A DNA stretch of 64,000 bases, taken from the NCBI GenBank assembly GCA_017608505.1, contig JAFCFT010000003.1, positions 234-64,233 of the forward strand, written 5' to 3'. This document shows, in pieces, positions 18,254-30,422 of the stretch (position 1 is the first letter of the stretch; every line of letters starts with the position of its first letter). The DNA is from Candidatus Parvarchaeota archaeon. Lineage in GTDB: Archaea > Nanobdellota > Nanobdellia > WJKC01. The notes under the pieces were generated by a model. It was not told where the DNA came from and made no database searches. It saw only the letters and a program-made list of their open reading frames with translations. A program made the translations under genes and the position numbers.

Positions 18254-21066
18254 AAAAAGCGCAGTTTTTCATTGGAACAATAGTGCTTGTTGCATTATCA
18301 ACATCAATAATTGCAGGCAGCTTGACAATACCAGAACAATTAAAATACAACAGCTTTGAAACTGATTTAAATGACTACAATAATATAATATTTGTTAAGA
18401 ATTCAATTAAGGACTTGTTTAACAATTATTTTACAGACTACTGGATGCTTCCTTATGACTACAGAACAACAATCAAAGTATACAACAATTTTACATTAAA
18501 AGGAAATCTGATAAAAGTTCAATTAGACTTGCCCAATGACATTCATGAAGAGTCGTTAATATTAATTGACAGCGATGGAGATATAGTCCCCTTTGGCATT
18601 GAATGGACAGATGTATCAGAAAAACAAGGCGCATTATACTTTCAGTCGTCTCTTAATTCAATGGATAACGAAAACTATTATTTATACTACAATGATGTTT
18701 CAAACTCAAATAAAGATAATAAATACAAAGAGCAAATGGTAATATACAACAGCTCTTCCGAATACATTGACATTAGAACAGGACTTTACAGTCTAAGACT
18801 AAACAAAAGTCTTGGGGGCGCACTTACAAATCTTAACATTTCTGGAAAAGGGAATGTGCTAAACATTTTAGAAGCAAGGCTTAACTGCTCAGGAACAATA
18901 TATAGCTTGTCTAACAGCAGTAATCAAGAATACGCTATTAATGATTACAATTACTTTTTAGAAGTCGCAATCACAGGCTCAAGATTCACAAACACAAGCT
19001 ACAAAATAAAAGAATATTTCTTTCCAGATAGAATAATAATTAAAGACTTTTTAACTGTTGGAGCAGATTCGCCATGCAGCTCTTGGGAATTTTTTGTTGA
19101 TGCAAAAAAAGATGATCTGCCAAATTACATAGACTCAAAAGAAAATTCTTATGCGCCTGTGCCTGTCATGGACCAAAACGGGCTTGACATGGGGGACTGG
19201 GCAGAATTCTATGGTGACAATTATGCCCTTGGCGTGTTAATAAGCAATAGTTCTCCATACAATTATCTTTCAAGCACAAGCAGCGAGAACATACTTTTGC
19301 TTAGAGCGCACAACGCGTCTCTTTTAAGCAAAGGAGCTTATAACAACACAATTACTATTATTCCAATGCATAATGACTCAATTAAAAATAATCATTTGAA
19401 TTATGAAGTTAATGCGCTCACTTCAAACGATGACTTATTTAATGAAAAACAAGAATTGCTTAATATCCTTAAAAGATACTTTACGCAAGCAAACACATAC
19501 GTAACAGTTACTGTTGACAACGCTCGCTCTATAGAACAGTACAATAACAGATCTAATTGGTACAGCAACTTAACGATGCGCTCCAGCATCAGAGCATTTG
19601 GACCTAATTTCAAGACGCCCCTTGTCATATCTGCAAGATTTCTTAAAGGTTTTGAACCAAGCTCGGTCGTACTAGTTGGCAGTGAAGGACCGCTAATTTC
19701 TCAACTTTCAACAGACAATTATATGAACAATTCATTTAGCCCTCTTCTTAACAACTCTTTAGTAAATAACACGATTCTTGTCCTTAACTTGGATGGGCGC
19801 GACTTTAATGTGAGTATTAACAAACAAGTTGCTGGCCCATTAAGTGCTTATGCATATTATCCGAATGGGACTTTAATCAATTATTATGACATTAACACAG
19901 ATTTTTACAACATAGAATTTAAAGATATAAAGCAGTCTGGATTTTACAACATATCATTTAATGGCACTGATGCTTTATTCTTTGCAAACTCCTCGCTTCC
20001 AAAAATGGTCATAGGACTGCCAGCACAAGTCCATGCTGAGGAATTAATTTTGCCTGTAAATGAGACTACAAATAATATTTCCATTTCAATAGAAGCATTT
20101 AATAACAATGCTAGACTCATTGACTTCTTAAATAACACAGTAGCATCAGACAACGGAAGCACACTAAGCCTTAATGCTGATGTCGTAAAATGTCTTGACG
20201 GATGCTATTATAAACTGTTGCTTGAAAATGCAAGCCCTGCTTTTATTAGCTCATCACTTAATTATGCTTGCGCAAATGCGCTGTCTTGCATTAATCCTGA
20301 TGAACCAAGAGTAGACATAGTAAGTTATGGCCTAACAAGCGAGTCAGGCGCGGATATGCACTATTACTACAATGTGGATACATACTCAACAAATTACAGC
20401 AAAAATACAGACTTAAAGTACAGCTTAAAAGACTATGAAGTCAACAACTCTTATTTTAGCTTTGATTTAGACGACTTAAAATTCATTGTTAACAACACTG
20501 ACTGGAGTCTTGGCTGGACAACCTGCGACCCAGAATGCACAAATGGATTTAACAAAATCAAATTTTTAGAAACTGGTCCAGCACGCGTTGTGTTGTGGGC
20601 AAACGCAAGCCCTTATACAAAATACTATTTTTTCTTTTATTACAATGCTTCATTATTTGATGTTTTTATAGACTCAAGTCGCGAAGTGACTTTTGGACCA
20701 GACTTTAAAGTCGGGGGCAGCGACACTTTGTATTATGATTACTTGGGGTCTGGCTCATTAAGCGAAGGCAATACAGACAATTACATTAACAGAGTGCTGC
20801 TTAAAGGAGTAAACAATTACATTAGAAGAAAAAGCTTAAACAATTCATTTTCTGTTGTCTTTAAGCCGCGCGATTTATCATACAACAACTCTATCTTAGT
20901 CAATGACTCCACAGTGCGCTTTAAAGTTTACAAACCAGGGTTTTTTAGATTTTTAATTGATGTTGACCCAAATAACTATTTATATGACTTAAAGCAAAGA
21001 GAATGGATGTTCTCATTGCATTACAACATAACAGGCCTTACATACACTTTAAGCGAACATTCATAA
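18250..21066 (+). CDS. Large (938 aa) pilin-like surface protein / putative adhesin
   Basis: KKA|QFFIGTIVLVAL signal; Asn/Tyr/Ser-rich with internally repeated W..YR..I.V..YYLYY-type modules. Confidence 0.65.
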   Translation: MKKAQFFIGTIVLVALSTSIIAGSLTIPEQLKYNSFETDLNDYNNIIFVKNSIKDLFNNYFTDYWMLPYDYRTTIKVYNNFTLKGNLIKVQLDLPNDIHEESLILIDSDGDIVPFGIEWTDVSEKQGALYFQSSLNSMDNENYYLYYNDVSNSNKDNKYKEQMVIYNSSSEYIDIRTGLYSLRLNKSLGGALTNLNISGKGNVLNILEARLNCSGTIYSLSNSSNQEYAINDYNYFLEVAITGSRFTNTSYKIKEYFFPDRIIIKDFLTVGADSPCSSWEFFVDAKKDDLPNYIDSKENSYAPVPVMDQNGLDMGDWAEFYGDNYALGVLISNSSPYNYLSSTSSENILLLRAHNASLLSKGAYNNTITIIPMHNDSIKNNHLNYEVNALTSNDDLFNEKQELLNILKRYFTQANTYVTVTVDNARSIEQYNNRSNWYSNLTMRSSIRAFGPNFKTPLVISARFLKGFEPSSVVLVGSEGPLISQLSTDNYMNNSFSPLLNNSLVNNTILVLNLDGRDFNVSINKQVAGPLSAYAYYPNGTLINYYDINTDFYNIEFKDIKQSGFYNISFNGTDALFFANSSLPKMVIGLPAQVHAEELILPVNETTNNISISIEAFNNNARLIDFLNNTVASDNGSTLSLNADVVKCLDGCYYKLLLENASPAFISSSLNYACANALSCINPDEPRVDIVSYGLTSESGADMHYYYNVDTYSTNYSKNTDLKYSLKDYEVNNSYFSFDLDDLKFIVNNTDWSLGWTTCDPECTNGFNKIKFLETGPARVVLWANASPYTKYYFFFYYNASLFDVFIDSSREVTFGPDFKVGGSDTLYYDYLGSGSLSEGNTDNYINRVLLKGVNNYIRRKSLNNSFSVVFKPRDLSYNNSILVNDSTVRFKVYKPGFFRFLIDVDPNNYLYDLKQREWMFSLHYNITGLTYTLSEHS

Positions 21067-22206
21067 AAAATCGATGTCTTTTGGATTCAAATCCAACTCA
21101 TTTATCAGCATATTTTTAAAATCATTATTTTTACACATTATTTTCAAATAAGGAAGATACTCGTTCATTAATTTTCTTTTGCTTGCATGAATTTTTGTTC
21201 TTAATGCTTCCAAAACCCTATTCCTTGAAGCCCTATCGCTCTTTGTCTTCCACAATTTCAATATCTTTTTTGGAGAATTAAATTTGTAACAAGGGGTTTT
21301 TGTTTTTACTCCTCCTGTCATAAGCGCATTGGCATATGCCCAGTATCTATAATGTTGCCATCTTAAAACCCTTCCTATAAAAACATCAGCTCTTGACAAA
21401 TAATTGTAAATTTCACTTAACTCTTTAAGGTCCTTTACTAATGATGCGTTTTCGCTTATCCATAACAGTTTTTCGTTAATATCCATTTCAACATCATCTA
21501 ATGCTTTAAGCGCCTCATTAAAGTCCTTTGCATTATACAATCTGCTTAAGCCCTCAAAAATGCTTATTGGTTTTTCTCTGTATGTCAGCGCCTCAAATTC
21601 GTAATCTGTTATTTCTCCGTCCTTCCCAAGCAGTTCTAAATCATTTATTGCAGCGCGCGCATCTCCTTTTGCATTTGCAGCAATCTTATACAACAGCCCG
21701 TCGCTTACTTTTACGTTTTCTTTAGAACATATTTTCCTTAAGATTTTAGCAATCCAAGCAGCCCTTAACTTTCTGTATTCAATTATCTCACAATAATTTT
21801 TTAAGCTCCTTAGCTTTTGGTCCCACTTGTCTTTTGCAGTGAAAATTATAGCTACTTTTGACATTTTCACACATTTTATTAATTCAGGCATCCCTCCTCT
21901 ATCAAGCAAGTCAACATCATCAATAAGCACAAGTTTTTCTCCAAAAAAACCTCTTGTAAGTATCGTATTTCTTAAAACACTATTTATGTATTCTGCGTTT
22001 CTTTTTTCGTCAACGCTTAATTCTATTAACTGCATTCCGCATTCTTTAGCAATTGCATATGCTGATGCGGTCTTGCCAGTTCCAGGAGGCCCAACAATTA
22101 GACAAGGCTTTTTTTCATTAACGCATTTTAGAACTTTTTGGATGCCTTGCCCTATTATCTCGCTTGTACTTTTCGGTGCATGCTTGTCATACCAAGGAAG
22201 GCTCAT
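21061..22206 (-). CDS. rfcL: Replication factor C large subunit
   Basis: [34 protein letters not shown]...YRYWAYA. Confidence 0.92.
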   Translation of the reverse strand: MSLPWYDKHAPKSTSEIIGQGIQKVLKCVNEKKPCLIVGPPGTGKTASAYAIAKECGMQLIELSVDEKRNAEYINSVLRNTILTRGFFGEKLVLIDDVDLLDRGGMPELIKCVKMSKVAIIFTAKDKWDQKLRSLKNYCEIIEYRKLRAAWIAKILRKICSKENVKVSDGLLYKIAANAKGDARAAINDLELLGKDGEITDYEFEALTYREKPISIFEGLSRLYNAKDFNEALKALDDVEMDINEKLLWISENASLVKDLKELSEIYNYLSRADVFIGRVLRWQHYRYWAYANALMTGGVKTKTPCYKFNSPKKILKLWKTKSDRASRNRVLEALRTKIHASKRKLMNEYLPYLKIMCKNNDFKNMLINELDLNPKDIDFL

Positions 22207-23159
22207 AAACCAGCACTACCTAAATAACACATTTGCGCTATCAATGCGTCTATTTGCAAATATTCATCAGCGCCTTCAACAATCCTGAATTCATATTCTC
22301 CAATTTTATCTATTAATTTTATCTTCAAAGCATGAGGCAGGTCCATTTTAATTACTTGAGAATGCAATTGTTTTATTGCATCAATGCCAGACAAGCCGTA
22401 TTTTAACATAGTGTCCATCATTAGATTCTTAGCTTTCTCAAAATTTCCATCAAGTGCAAGCTTTACAACTTTTGTTATTTCATCAGGCTTAGCATAACTT
22501 GCAACTTCGTAAATTAATGAAACATCAACATTTTTTGAAATGCTTGCTGTTGCTTGCAACAAATTAATTGCTTTTCTTAAATCTCCTCTTGAAATTTCAT
22601 ACAATGCCTTTAATGCTTCATCTGATATTTTCAAGCCTTCTTTGCTTGAAACTTCTTTTAACAGCTCAATAACAGCCCCTTCTTCCAAAGGCTTGAATCT
22701 AAACACAGCGCATCTTGACTGTATTGGATCTATTATTTTTGAAGAATAATTGCAGTCAAGTATGAATCTGCAAGTTCCAGCATACTTTTCCATGGTCCGC
22801 CTAAGCGCGTGCTGTGCATCCTTTGTCAAAGAATCTGCCTCATCAAGAAGTATAAGCTTAAAAGGCATGCCTCCTATTGGCATTGTTCTTGCAAAGTCTT
22901 TTATTTTGCCTCTTATAACATCTATTCCCCGCTCATCGCTAGCGTTTAATTCAATGAAATTGTGCCCCCACTCGTCACCATAAAGCTCGCGCGCTATTGC
23001 CAAAGCACAAGTGCTTTTTCCAGTGCCAGCAGGCCCTGAAAACAAAAGATGCGGCATGCTTTTTGACTTAACAAAAGATTTAAGCCTTTTTACAATACTT
23101 ACTTGCCCGTATATTTCATCCAATTTCTTAGGCCTGTACTTCTCAGTCCATATGTCCAT
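22203..23159 (-). CDS. rfcS: Replication factor C small subunit
   Basis: [38 protein letters not shown]. Start ATG 23159. Confidence 0.96.
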   Translation of the reverse strand: MDIWTEKYRPKKLDEIYGQVSIVKRLKSFVKSKSMPHLLFSGPAGTGKSTCALAIARELYGDEWGHNFIELNASDERGIDVIRGKIKDFARTMPIGGMPFKLILLDEADSLTKDAQHALRRTMEKYAGTCRFILDCNYSSKIIDPIQSRCAVFRFKPLEEGAVIELLKEVSSKEGLKISDEALKALYEISRGDLRKAINLLQATASISKNVDVSLIYEVASYAKPDEITKVVKLALDGNFEKAKNLMMDTMLKYGLSGIDAIKQLHSQVIKMDLPHALKIKLIDKIGEYEFRIVEGADEYLQIDALIAQMCYLGSAGL

Positions 23160-23250
23160 GACTTTAAATTTTAGGGATAGGTTCTTTTTAATGTTTACGT
23201 AGGAGATTATCAAAGCATTTAAAAATAAACAATTTTTTAAAAATTCTCTA

Positions 23251-26200
23251 ATGGATAAATACGAACCAAAGAAAATTGAAGAAAAGATAATAAAATATTG
23301 GAAAAAAAACAAAATATATGCAAAAGTTAAGAATGCAAGCAAAAAATGCAAGAAAAAATTCTCATTTATTGACGGCCCTCCATACACTACTGGCACAATT
23401 CACTTAGGCCACTCGTGGAACAAGGTCATGAAAGACATGATACTTAGATACAAACGAATGAACGATTACAATGTCAATGACCAGCCAGGATATGACATGC
23501 ACGGCTTGCCTATAGAAGTGATGGTGCAAAAGGAATTCAAAATAAAAACTACAGACGACATATTAAAAATTGGGATTGGCAAGTTTACAGAAATGTGCAA
23601 AAAATATGCTTTAGAAAAACTTTACAAGATGAATGAAGAGTTTGCAAGACTGGGCGTATGGATGGACTGGGAAAACCCGTACATGACAATAAAAAACACA
23701 TACATTGAAGGCAGTTGGTGGGCTTTAAAAAAGGCTTGGGAAAATAAACTGCTTTACAAGGGGAAAAAGGTCATTAGCTGGTGCCAAATATGCGGCACAG
23801 CGCTTGCAAAACACGAGCTTGAATACAAAAACATAAAAGAAAACTCCATATACGTAAAATTAAAAATTAAAGACTCCAACGAGCACTTAATAATCTGGAC
23901 AACAACGCCATGGACGCTTCCTTTTAACATGGCAGTGATGGTGAATCCTGAATTAGACTATGTAAAAGCAAAAGTTGATGATGAAATATGGATTATTAGC
24001 AAAGCGCTGGCAGGCCCTTTTATTCAGGGCGTAATGAACAAAGAATTCACAATAATTGAGGAATTCAAAGGAGAAAGCTTGCTCGGCCTAAAGTACGAAC
24101 ATCCTTTACTTGATAAAATGCCTAAATTAAAAGAGTATTCTAAAAAGAAAGGAGTTCACACAGTAGTGCTAAGCAAAGAATATGTTGATACAAGCGCAGG
24201 GTCTGGATTGGTGCACTGCGCTCCAGGATGCGGTCCAGAAGACTATGAAGTTGGAAAAAAGTACAAACTGCCTGTTTTTAATGACATAGATGAGCAAGGG
24301 TTCTTTGGAGAAGAATCTGGCGCACTTAAAGGCTTGAGGGCAAAAGAAGATGATGAAAAAATTATCAAGTTGCTTGGCGACAGCGTATTAACGCGCGTAA
24401 TGATAGAGCATGAGTACCCTCACTGCTGGCGTTCAAAAAATCCAGTGATATTTAGAGCATCTAATCAATGGTTTATTAAAACAAGCAAGTTAAAAAATAA
24501 GATGCGAGCCCAAAACAAAAAAGTTTATTGGGTCCCAGACTGGGCAGGCAGCGCATGGTTTGACTCGTGGCTTAAAGAACTTGATGACTGGTGCATCAGC
24601 AGACAGCGTTTTTGGGGAATCCCACTTCCAATATGGGTTTGCGAGAAATGCGGCAATGAAAAAATAATAGGTTCATGGGATGAGTTAAAAAAGATAAGCG
24701 GACTGAAAAAAGAAATTGATTTTCATAGGCCTCACATTGACAAAGTAACATTTAAGTGTAACAAATGCAAAGGGGTGATGAAAAGGATTCCCGACATTCT
24801 CGACGTATGGCTTGATTCTGGCTCTGCTCCTTGGAGCAGCCTTGATTTCCCGAGAACTAATAAGAAATTTGAAGGGTCTTTCCCAATGGACTTCATTATT
24901 GAAGGAAAAGACCAAATCAGAGGCTGGTTTAACTCGCTTATATGCTTAAGCAACGCCAGCTGGGGCATTGCGCCTTATAAGAAAATATATATGCACGGCT
25001 TTGTTAATGACAGTGAAGGCAGAAAAATGAGCAAAAGTCTTGGAAACGTAATCAGTCCCATGGAAATGGTTGACAAATTTGGGGCAGACATACTTAGATT
25101 TTATCAAATAGGCGCAACAAGCCCTGGCGTAGACCAAAAATTCAACATTAAAGACATGAAAGACACCCAAAAAGCGTTAAATGTCATATACAATACTCAC
25201 TTGTATGCTTTAAAGAACTTTAAAATCGAACGCTACAAGCATAAAGAGCCAGCAATCAATTCTCCAGAAGATAAATGGATTGTTGGGCGCTTAAACAAAC
25301 TAATTAAAGAAGTAACTGATGCAATGGAATCATACAACGTATATTTGGTCCCGCGCCTTGTCAAGCAATTTCTTGTTGAAGATTTCAGCAGAGAATACTT
25401 AAAACTTGTAAAAAACAGGATTGTGCTTGGAAGCAAAGAAGAAAAATTAAACACGCTTGCAGTCATTGACAAAATACTAAGAGAAAGTCTGAAATTGCTT
25501 TCAATCATCACTCCATTTATTGCTGAAGAAATGTATCTAAACTTAAGAAGTTATTTGGGGCTTAAAGAAGAAAGCATATTCATGCTTAAATGGCCTAAAG
25601 CAGAACCTTACAATGAAAAGTTCATCAAAGGATTCGAACTTGCAAGAAATGTGTCGCAAGCAATCCTTCACTTAAGGGAAAAAGCAAAGATAAACAAAAG
25701 ATGGCCTCTTAAAACAGCATATATAGTGACAGAAGAAGAAAAGCGCATAAAGGACTTTTTAAATGTAATAAAAGAACAAACAAACATTAAAGAATTAAAG
25801 TTTGAAAACCCCCGTCTTGATTTTGACGTCAAGCCAGATTACAAGATGCTTAATCAGTTATTCCCAGGTGTTGTTGCGCAAATCATAAGCAGATTAACGC
25901 AATTAAGCCAGGAACTCGTAAAAAGAAAACTTGTCGAGTCAAAGTGCGTCAAATTAACAATTGATGCAAAAGAATATGCAATACCAGAAAATGCGTTTGT
26001 AATTTCTGAAAAACTGCCTCAAAATATAATTGGCGAGCAAGTAGGCGACAAGCTAAGAGTTTATATTGACACAGAATTAAATGACGAATTAATAAGCGAA
26101 GGATTTACTCGCGAAGTGATAAGAAGAATTCAAGAAACGCGCAAAGCCTTTGGACTAAAAAGAAATCAAAAAATAAGAGCAATCATTGAATGCGACAGCG

Positions 26201-26343
26201 AACTGACCCAAATGCTAAAAGAGCACATAGATTGGGTAACTAAGCAGACTAATTCAGAAGTTTCGTTTTCAAAAACAGTTGGAGACGCAACAGAATACAA
26301 AATAAAAGACAAAGAGATTAAAATCAATATAAAGACTATTTAA
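23251..26343 (+). CDS. ileS: Isoleucine--tRNA ligase
   Basis: [44 protein letters not shown]. Confidence 0.96.
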   Translation: MDKYEPKKIEEKIIKYWKKNKIYAKVKNASKKCKKKFSFIDGPPYTTGTIHLGHSWNKVMKDMILRYKRMNDYNVNDQPGYDMHGLPIEVMVQKEFKIKTTDDILKIGIGKFTEMCKKYALEKLYKMNEEFARLGVWMDWENPYMTIKNTYIEGSWWALKKAWENKLLYKGKKVISWCQICGTALAKHELEYKNIKENSIYVKLKIKDSNEHLIIWTTTPWTLPFNMAVMVNPELDYVKAKVDDEIWIISKALAGPFIQGVMNKEFTIIEEFKGESLLGLKYEHPLLDKMPKLKEYSKKKGVHTVVLSKEYVDTSAGSGLVHCAPGCGPEDYEVGKKYKLPVFNDIDEQGFFGEESGALKGLRAKEDDEKIIKLLGDSVLTRVMIEHEYPHCWRSKNPVIFRASNQWFIKTSKLKNKMRAQNKKVYWVPDWAGSAWFDSWLKELDDWCISRQRFWGIPLPIWVCEKCGNEKIIGSWDELKKISGLKKEIDFHRPHIDKVTFKCNKCKGVMKRIPDILDVWLDSGSAPWSSLDFPRTNKKFEGSFPMDFIIEGKDQIRGWFNSLICLSNASWGIAPYKKIYMHGFVNDSEGRKMSKSLGNVISPMEMVDKFGADILRFYQIGATSPGVDQKFNIKDMKDTQKALNVIYNTHLYALKNFKIERYKHKEPAINSPEDKWIVGRLNKLIKEVTDAMESYNVYLVPRLVKQFLVEDFSREYLKLVKNRIVLGSKEEKLNTLAVIDKILRESLKLLSIITPFIAEEMYLNLRSYLGLKEESIFMLKWPKAEPYNEKFIKGFELARNVSQAILHLREKAKINKRWPLKTAYIVTEEEKRIKDFLNVIKEQTNIKELKFENPRLDFDVKPDYKMLNQLFPGVVAQIISRLTQLSQELVKRKLVESKCVKLTIDAKEYAIPENAFVISEKLPQNIIGEQVGDKLRVYIDTELNDELISEGFTREVIRRIQETRKAFGLKRNQKIRAIIECDSELTQMLKEHIDWVTKQTNSEVSFSKTVGDATEYKIKDKEIKINIKTI

Positions 26344-27196
26344 AATACCCTATAGTTTCCTTTTTTATCTGCTCTGCAAGTTTTTTGTCTTTGTTAATAA
26401 TCACTTTAATCTCTGTTTTTGCTTCAAAAACATCTCGCGCAAAATTAATTAGATTAATATCTTCAATACTTTTTGCTTTTACAGCATAATTGTGCAACTT
26501 GCCTTTTATGTCGTCTGGAAGAAATATTTGAATCACAAGGTCGCCAAATACCATTATCTCGCTAATTCCTGCGCAGTTTACCCCAGTTTTTATATTTAAT
26601 CCAATGCTTTTATAAATTTTTGAGCACCACTTATCCATCGGCGTTTTTCCAGAGCACAATATGTATATGTTGCCGTCAAGCTCTTTAACTTTCTTTGCCC
26701 AATTATACTCAGCCCTTAAATAAAATAAGGGGCGCCACTCATGGCTGTGATGAATGCATATCACACCCCCTTTGCTCTTTAGCATGTAGTTCTTTTGCAA
26801 ATAATAAAGATACTTTTCAACGTCAAATAAAGTTTCAAACACAAGCAGACTCATAGAGCCGTTCATTTTAGCATCTAAAACGCCCATTATCATGTTGTGC
26901 CTATCTTTTGTATAATAATTTGATTCTGTCAATTCTGTATATGCGTGGAGGTCTTTAAGCCAGTTTAAATTTAATTTGTAGTTATGCGGCGCGTTCTTTT
27001 CCAAGACGCCCATAGAAATCAACTCTTTTACAGTTTTGTATACTGCCTGATATGTAATGCCCAACGAATACTTTTTCTTAATTTGATTATAAATTTGCTT
27101 GACACTTAAAGGCCAATCATACGAGAGAATTGTAATAATATAATCCTTAACAGTGTGCCTGCTTCCTGAGAATGGTATAAAAAAGCTAAGGCCCAT
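26336..27196 (-). CDS. Putative transcriptional regulator (N-terminal winged helix plus unknown C-terminal domain)
   Basis: PLSVKQIYNQI...ITYQAVYKTVKELISMGVLEK winged-helix pattern. Confidence 0.65.
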   Translation of the reverse strand: MGLSFFIPFSGSRHTVKDYIITILSYDWPLSVKQIYNQIKKKYSLGITYQAVYKTVKELISMGVLEKNAPHNYKLNLNWLKDLHAYTELTESNYYTKDRHNMIMGVLDAKMNGSMSLLVFETLFDVEKYLYYLQKNYMLKSKGGVICIHHSHEWRPLFYLRAEYNWAKKVKELDGNIYILCSGKTPMDKWCSKIYKSIGLNIKTGVNCAGISEIMVFGDLVIQIFLPDDIKGKLHNYAVKAKSIEDINLINFARDVFEAKTEIKVIINKDKKLAEQIKKETIGYFK

Positions 27197-27303
27197 TAAA
27201 ATATCAAAGACTTAACTATTTTATATAATTAATTAAACTATTTAGTTTATTAATTTTTAAACATAGAATATTTATTTAACGTGAGAATACGCATGTATTT
27301 GGC

Positions 27304-27669
27304 ATGATGGAATTTGAAGTTAAAATTGTCGATGTGCTGAATACAAACGAAGGCGTCACATTTATAATGAAAACAAAAGATGGAATAATTATCAAGCCAA
27401 AATTAATGAACTTTAAAGGGAAATTCTTTATAAATTTGGTAACAAAAGAAAGAAGAGCCCTTAATGTGGCTGAAATAATTAATCAAGTAACTAAAATCTT
27501 AAATTGCATAAAAAAAGATGATGTAAAAGAGCTTGTGTTTAATTATCCATGCATAACAAAAGAGTCTTTAGACGCTGAAAGACTGCTAAAAACTGCTTTT
27601 AAAACGCTAAACATTTCATTTGCAAATGAAAAAGAGCATGTGTATTTCTTTGATTGCCACGACCATTAG
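27304..27669 (+). CDS. Hypothetical protein
   Basis: 121-aa ORF ending DCHDH. Confidence 0.55.
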   Translation: MMEFEVKIVDVLNTNEGVTFIMKTKDGIIIKPKLMNFKGKFFINLVTKERRALNVAEIINQVTKILNCIKKDDVKELVFNYPCITKESLDAERLLKTAFKTLNISFANEKEHVYFFDCHDH

Positions 27670-27716
27670 TATTTATAAATGAGTAGCTATTTTCTTTTAT
27701 AAAGGGGGTTTTTTAA

Positions 27717-28262
27717 ATGCCAGAAGACGTAAAAATAGAAAACGTTGTTGCAAGTGTCACAATATTTATGGATGTTCCATTAGAAAAACTTGCAGCTACA
27801 CTTCCAAACACAGAATATAATCCTGAGCAGTTTCCAGGACTTGTGCTTAGGCTTAAACATATAGGAATTACAGCTCTTGTATTCAGTTCAGGCAAAATGG
27901 TCTGCACTGGAGCCAAATCAGAGGAAATGGTAAAAGTAGGCGTAAAAGAAATACTAAAAGAACTAAGAAAAATTGGACTAAGCACAAACAAGAAACCAGA
28001 AATAACAATACAAAACATGGTGGCGTCAGGCAATTTGCACATGACGCTTAATTTAAACACATTGGCGTTCAAGTTAGAAAACGCTGAATACGAGCCAGAA
28101 CAGTTTCCAGGACTAGTATACAAAGTCCCAAACAGCCACATAACATTCCTGCTGTTTGGAACAGGAAAAATAGTGTGCACTGGAGCAAAAAACGAAGAAG
28201 AAGTCAAAACAAGCGTGAAAAAACTAGCAATAAAATTAAAAGGATTAATTAAAAAAGACTAA
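27717..28262 (+). CDS. tbp: TATA-box binding protein
   Basis: Two repeats of EYxPEQFPGLV...LxFxxGKxVCTGAK. Confidence 0.97.
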   Translation: MPEDVKIENVVASVTIFMDVPLEKLAATLPNTEYNPEQFPGLVLRLKHIGITALVFSSGKMVCTGAKSEEMVKVGVKEILKELRKIGLSTNKKPEITIQNMVASGNLHMTLNLNTLAFKLENAEYEPEQFPGLVYKVPNSHITFLLFGTGKIVCTGAKNEEEVKTSVKKLAIKLKGLIKKD

Positions 28263-28375
28263 TTTTTCCCTTTATTCTTTTTCCAAGCGAAATCAGGGTC
28301 AACTTTCTATTTTTAAATTTTATAAAACAAATAAGTTTTTATTTTAGCAGGGGGAAAATTATTAGGGGGATTAAA

Positions 28376-30382
28376 TTGGAAGAGAATTTAAGAGCATTTA
28401 GAGACTTTATAACTAATAATTTTGGCAAAGACATAGCTAAAGCAATAGCAAAAGGAGAAGAATCCTTTTTTATCGACTTTAAGGTGCTTGACTCTCAAGA
28501 GCCAAAGCTTGCTGACGAACTTCTTAACAATCCAAAAGAATTCCTTGAAATGGCAAGAAAAGCGTACGAAGACTTGGGTTTTAATTTGGAGCCAAGATTT
28601 ATTAATTTACCAGAATCCAACACAGTAAAAATAAAAAACATAAGAACAAAACATTTAGGAAAACTAATTCAAATAGAAGGTCTTGTAAGACAAGCTTCTG
28701 AAGTGAGGCCTGCAAGCTCGTCAATAATATTCGAATGTCCTGCATGCGGTCAATTAATAGAAGAAAAACAAACAACAAACAGAGTCAAAGAGCCCAAAAG
28801 ATGCCCGCAATGCGGGCGCAGGGGGAGATTTTCACAGCATGAGAAAGTCTTAGAAGATGTCCAAAAAATTGTCATTGAGGAGGCTCCAGAAATGATGGAA
28901 GGAGGAGAGCAACCCCAAAGAATTAATGTCATATTAAGCAAAGACTTGGTCGACCCTTCAATTGTTTTAAAGACTTGCCCAGGGTCAAGAATACAAGTTG
29001 TTGGAGTTGTCGAAGAAGTGCCTATATATTTAAGAACTGGGGCTAAAAGCACAAGATTTGACATACTTATAAATGCCAATGCCATAAAACCAATAGAGTA
29101 CGAATTTACTGAAATAGAATTAACTGAAGACGACATTGCTAAAATAAAGAAAACTGCAAATGATCCAAGAATCTATGAAAAACTTGTTAATTCAGTCGCA
29201 CCCACAATTTTTGGCAATGAAAAAATAAAAGAGGCTATTGCAATCCAACTATTTGGAGGCGTTAGAAAAGAGAGGGCAGACGGCACTGCTGTAAGAGGGG
29301 ATTTGCACATATTGCTTGTTGGAGACCCGGGCGTCTCAAAAACCCAGATGCTAAAATATGTTTCAACGCTTGCGCCAAAAGCGCGCTATGTGTCTGGAAA
29401 AGGAGCTTCTGGGGTTGGCTTAACAGCATCAATAGTCCGCGATGAGTTTGTTAGGGGCTGGAGCCTTGAAGCTGGCGCATTAGTTCTTGCAAACAAAGGA
29501 ATTGCAATTATTGACGAGCTGGACAAAATGAGCAATGACGACCGCGTTGCAATGCATGAAGCGCTTGAAAGCCAAACAGTAACAATTGCAAAAGCAAATA
29601 TCCATGCAACACTAAATGCGCAGACAAGCGTTCTCGCAGCAGCAAATCCAAAATATTCAAGATTTGACCCTTATGTTCCTGTTCCTGAACAAATTGATTT
29701 GCCTGCAACCCTTATCAACAGATTTGACTTAATATTTCCAATGAGAGACATACCAGACAGAGAAAGGGATGAAAAAATCGCGTTACACATGCTAAATGTC
29801 GCAAGAGAGCCTAAAAAGAACTTAGGCATTTTTAATCAAGAATTCTTGCGCAAATACATAGCGTATGCAAAACAAATTAACCCAAAATTAACTGACTCTG
29901 CAATGAACGAACTAAAAGAATTCTATGTTTCATTGCGAAATAAAAGAGTTATGGGAGAAGACGAAGTTCGCCCAATACCAATAAGCCCCAGGCAATTAGA
30001 GGCTCTAGTCCGCTTAAGCGAAGCATACGCAAGGGTGAGACTCTCAAACAAAGTCACAAAAAAGGATGCTGAACGCGCAATTAGCCTTTTAAAATTCTGC
30101 CTTTCAAAAGTCGGCGTTGACCCAGAGACAGGCGAAATAGACATTGACAGAATAGTTTCTGGAGTCACAGCATCAAAACGCAATAAAATAATGATTATTA
30201 AAGAAGTCATAAAGGAACTTGCAGAAAAATTCGGAGAAAACATTCCAATAACAGACATAATTGAAGAAGCAAGGAACAGAGGCGTCAATGAAGAAACAAG
30301 TGAAGAAATTATTCAGAAAATGAAGAGAGAAGGAGAAATTTTTGAGCCAAAGCACGGGATTATAAGAAGATTGCCAAAATAG
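28376..30382 (+). CDS. mcm: MCM replicative helicase (intein-free)
   Basis: C4 zinc finger, GDPGVSKTQ, IDELDKM, RFD Arg finger, C-terminal winged helix. Confidence 0.97.
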   Translation: MEENLRAFRDFITNNFGKDIAKAIAKGEESFFIDFKVLDSQEPKLADELLNNPKEFLEMARKAYEDLGFNLEPRFINLPESNTVKIKNIRTKHLGKLIQIEGLVRQASEVRPASSSIIFECPACGQLIEEKQTTNRVKEPKRCPQCGRRGRFSQHEKVLEDVQKIVIEEAPEMMEGGEQPQRINVILSKDLVDPSIVLKTCPGSRIQVVGVVEEVPIYLRTGAKSTRFDILINANAIKPIEYEFTEIELTEDDIAKIKKTANDPRIYEKLVNSVAPTIFGNEKIKEAIAIQLFGGVRKERADGTAVRGDLHILLVGDPGVSKTQMLKYVSTLAPKARYVSGKGASGVGLTASIVRDEFVRGWSLEAGALVLANKGIAIIDELDKMSNDDRVAMHEALESQTVTIAKANIHATLNAQTSVLAAANPKYSRFDPYVPVPEQIDLPATLINRFDLIFPMRDIPDRERDEKIALHMLNVAREPKKNLGIFNQEFLRKYIAYAKQINPKLTDSAMNELKEFYVSLRNKRVMGEDEVRPIPISPRQLEALVRLSEAYARVRLSNKVTKKDAERAISLLKFCLSKVGVDPETGEIDIDRIVSGVTASKRNKIMIIKEVIKELAEKFGENIPITDIIEEARNRGVNEETSEEIIQKMKREGEIFEPKHGIIRRLPK

Positions 30383-30422
30383 TATACAAATCCTTATAAT
30401 ATCTAAAAAATCTTAAAATAAT

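Noticed and set aside
7571..21066. Archaellum operon
   Set aside because: No FlaH, FlaF/G or chemotaxis genes; two Tad-like platform proteins and short pilins indicate a pilus.
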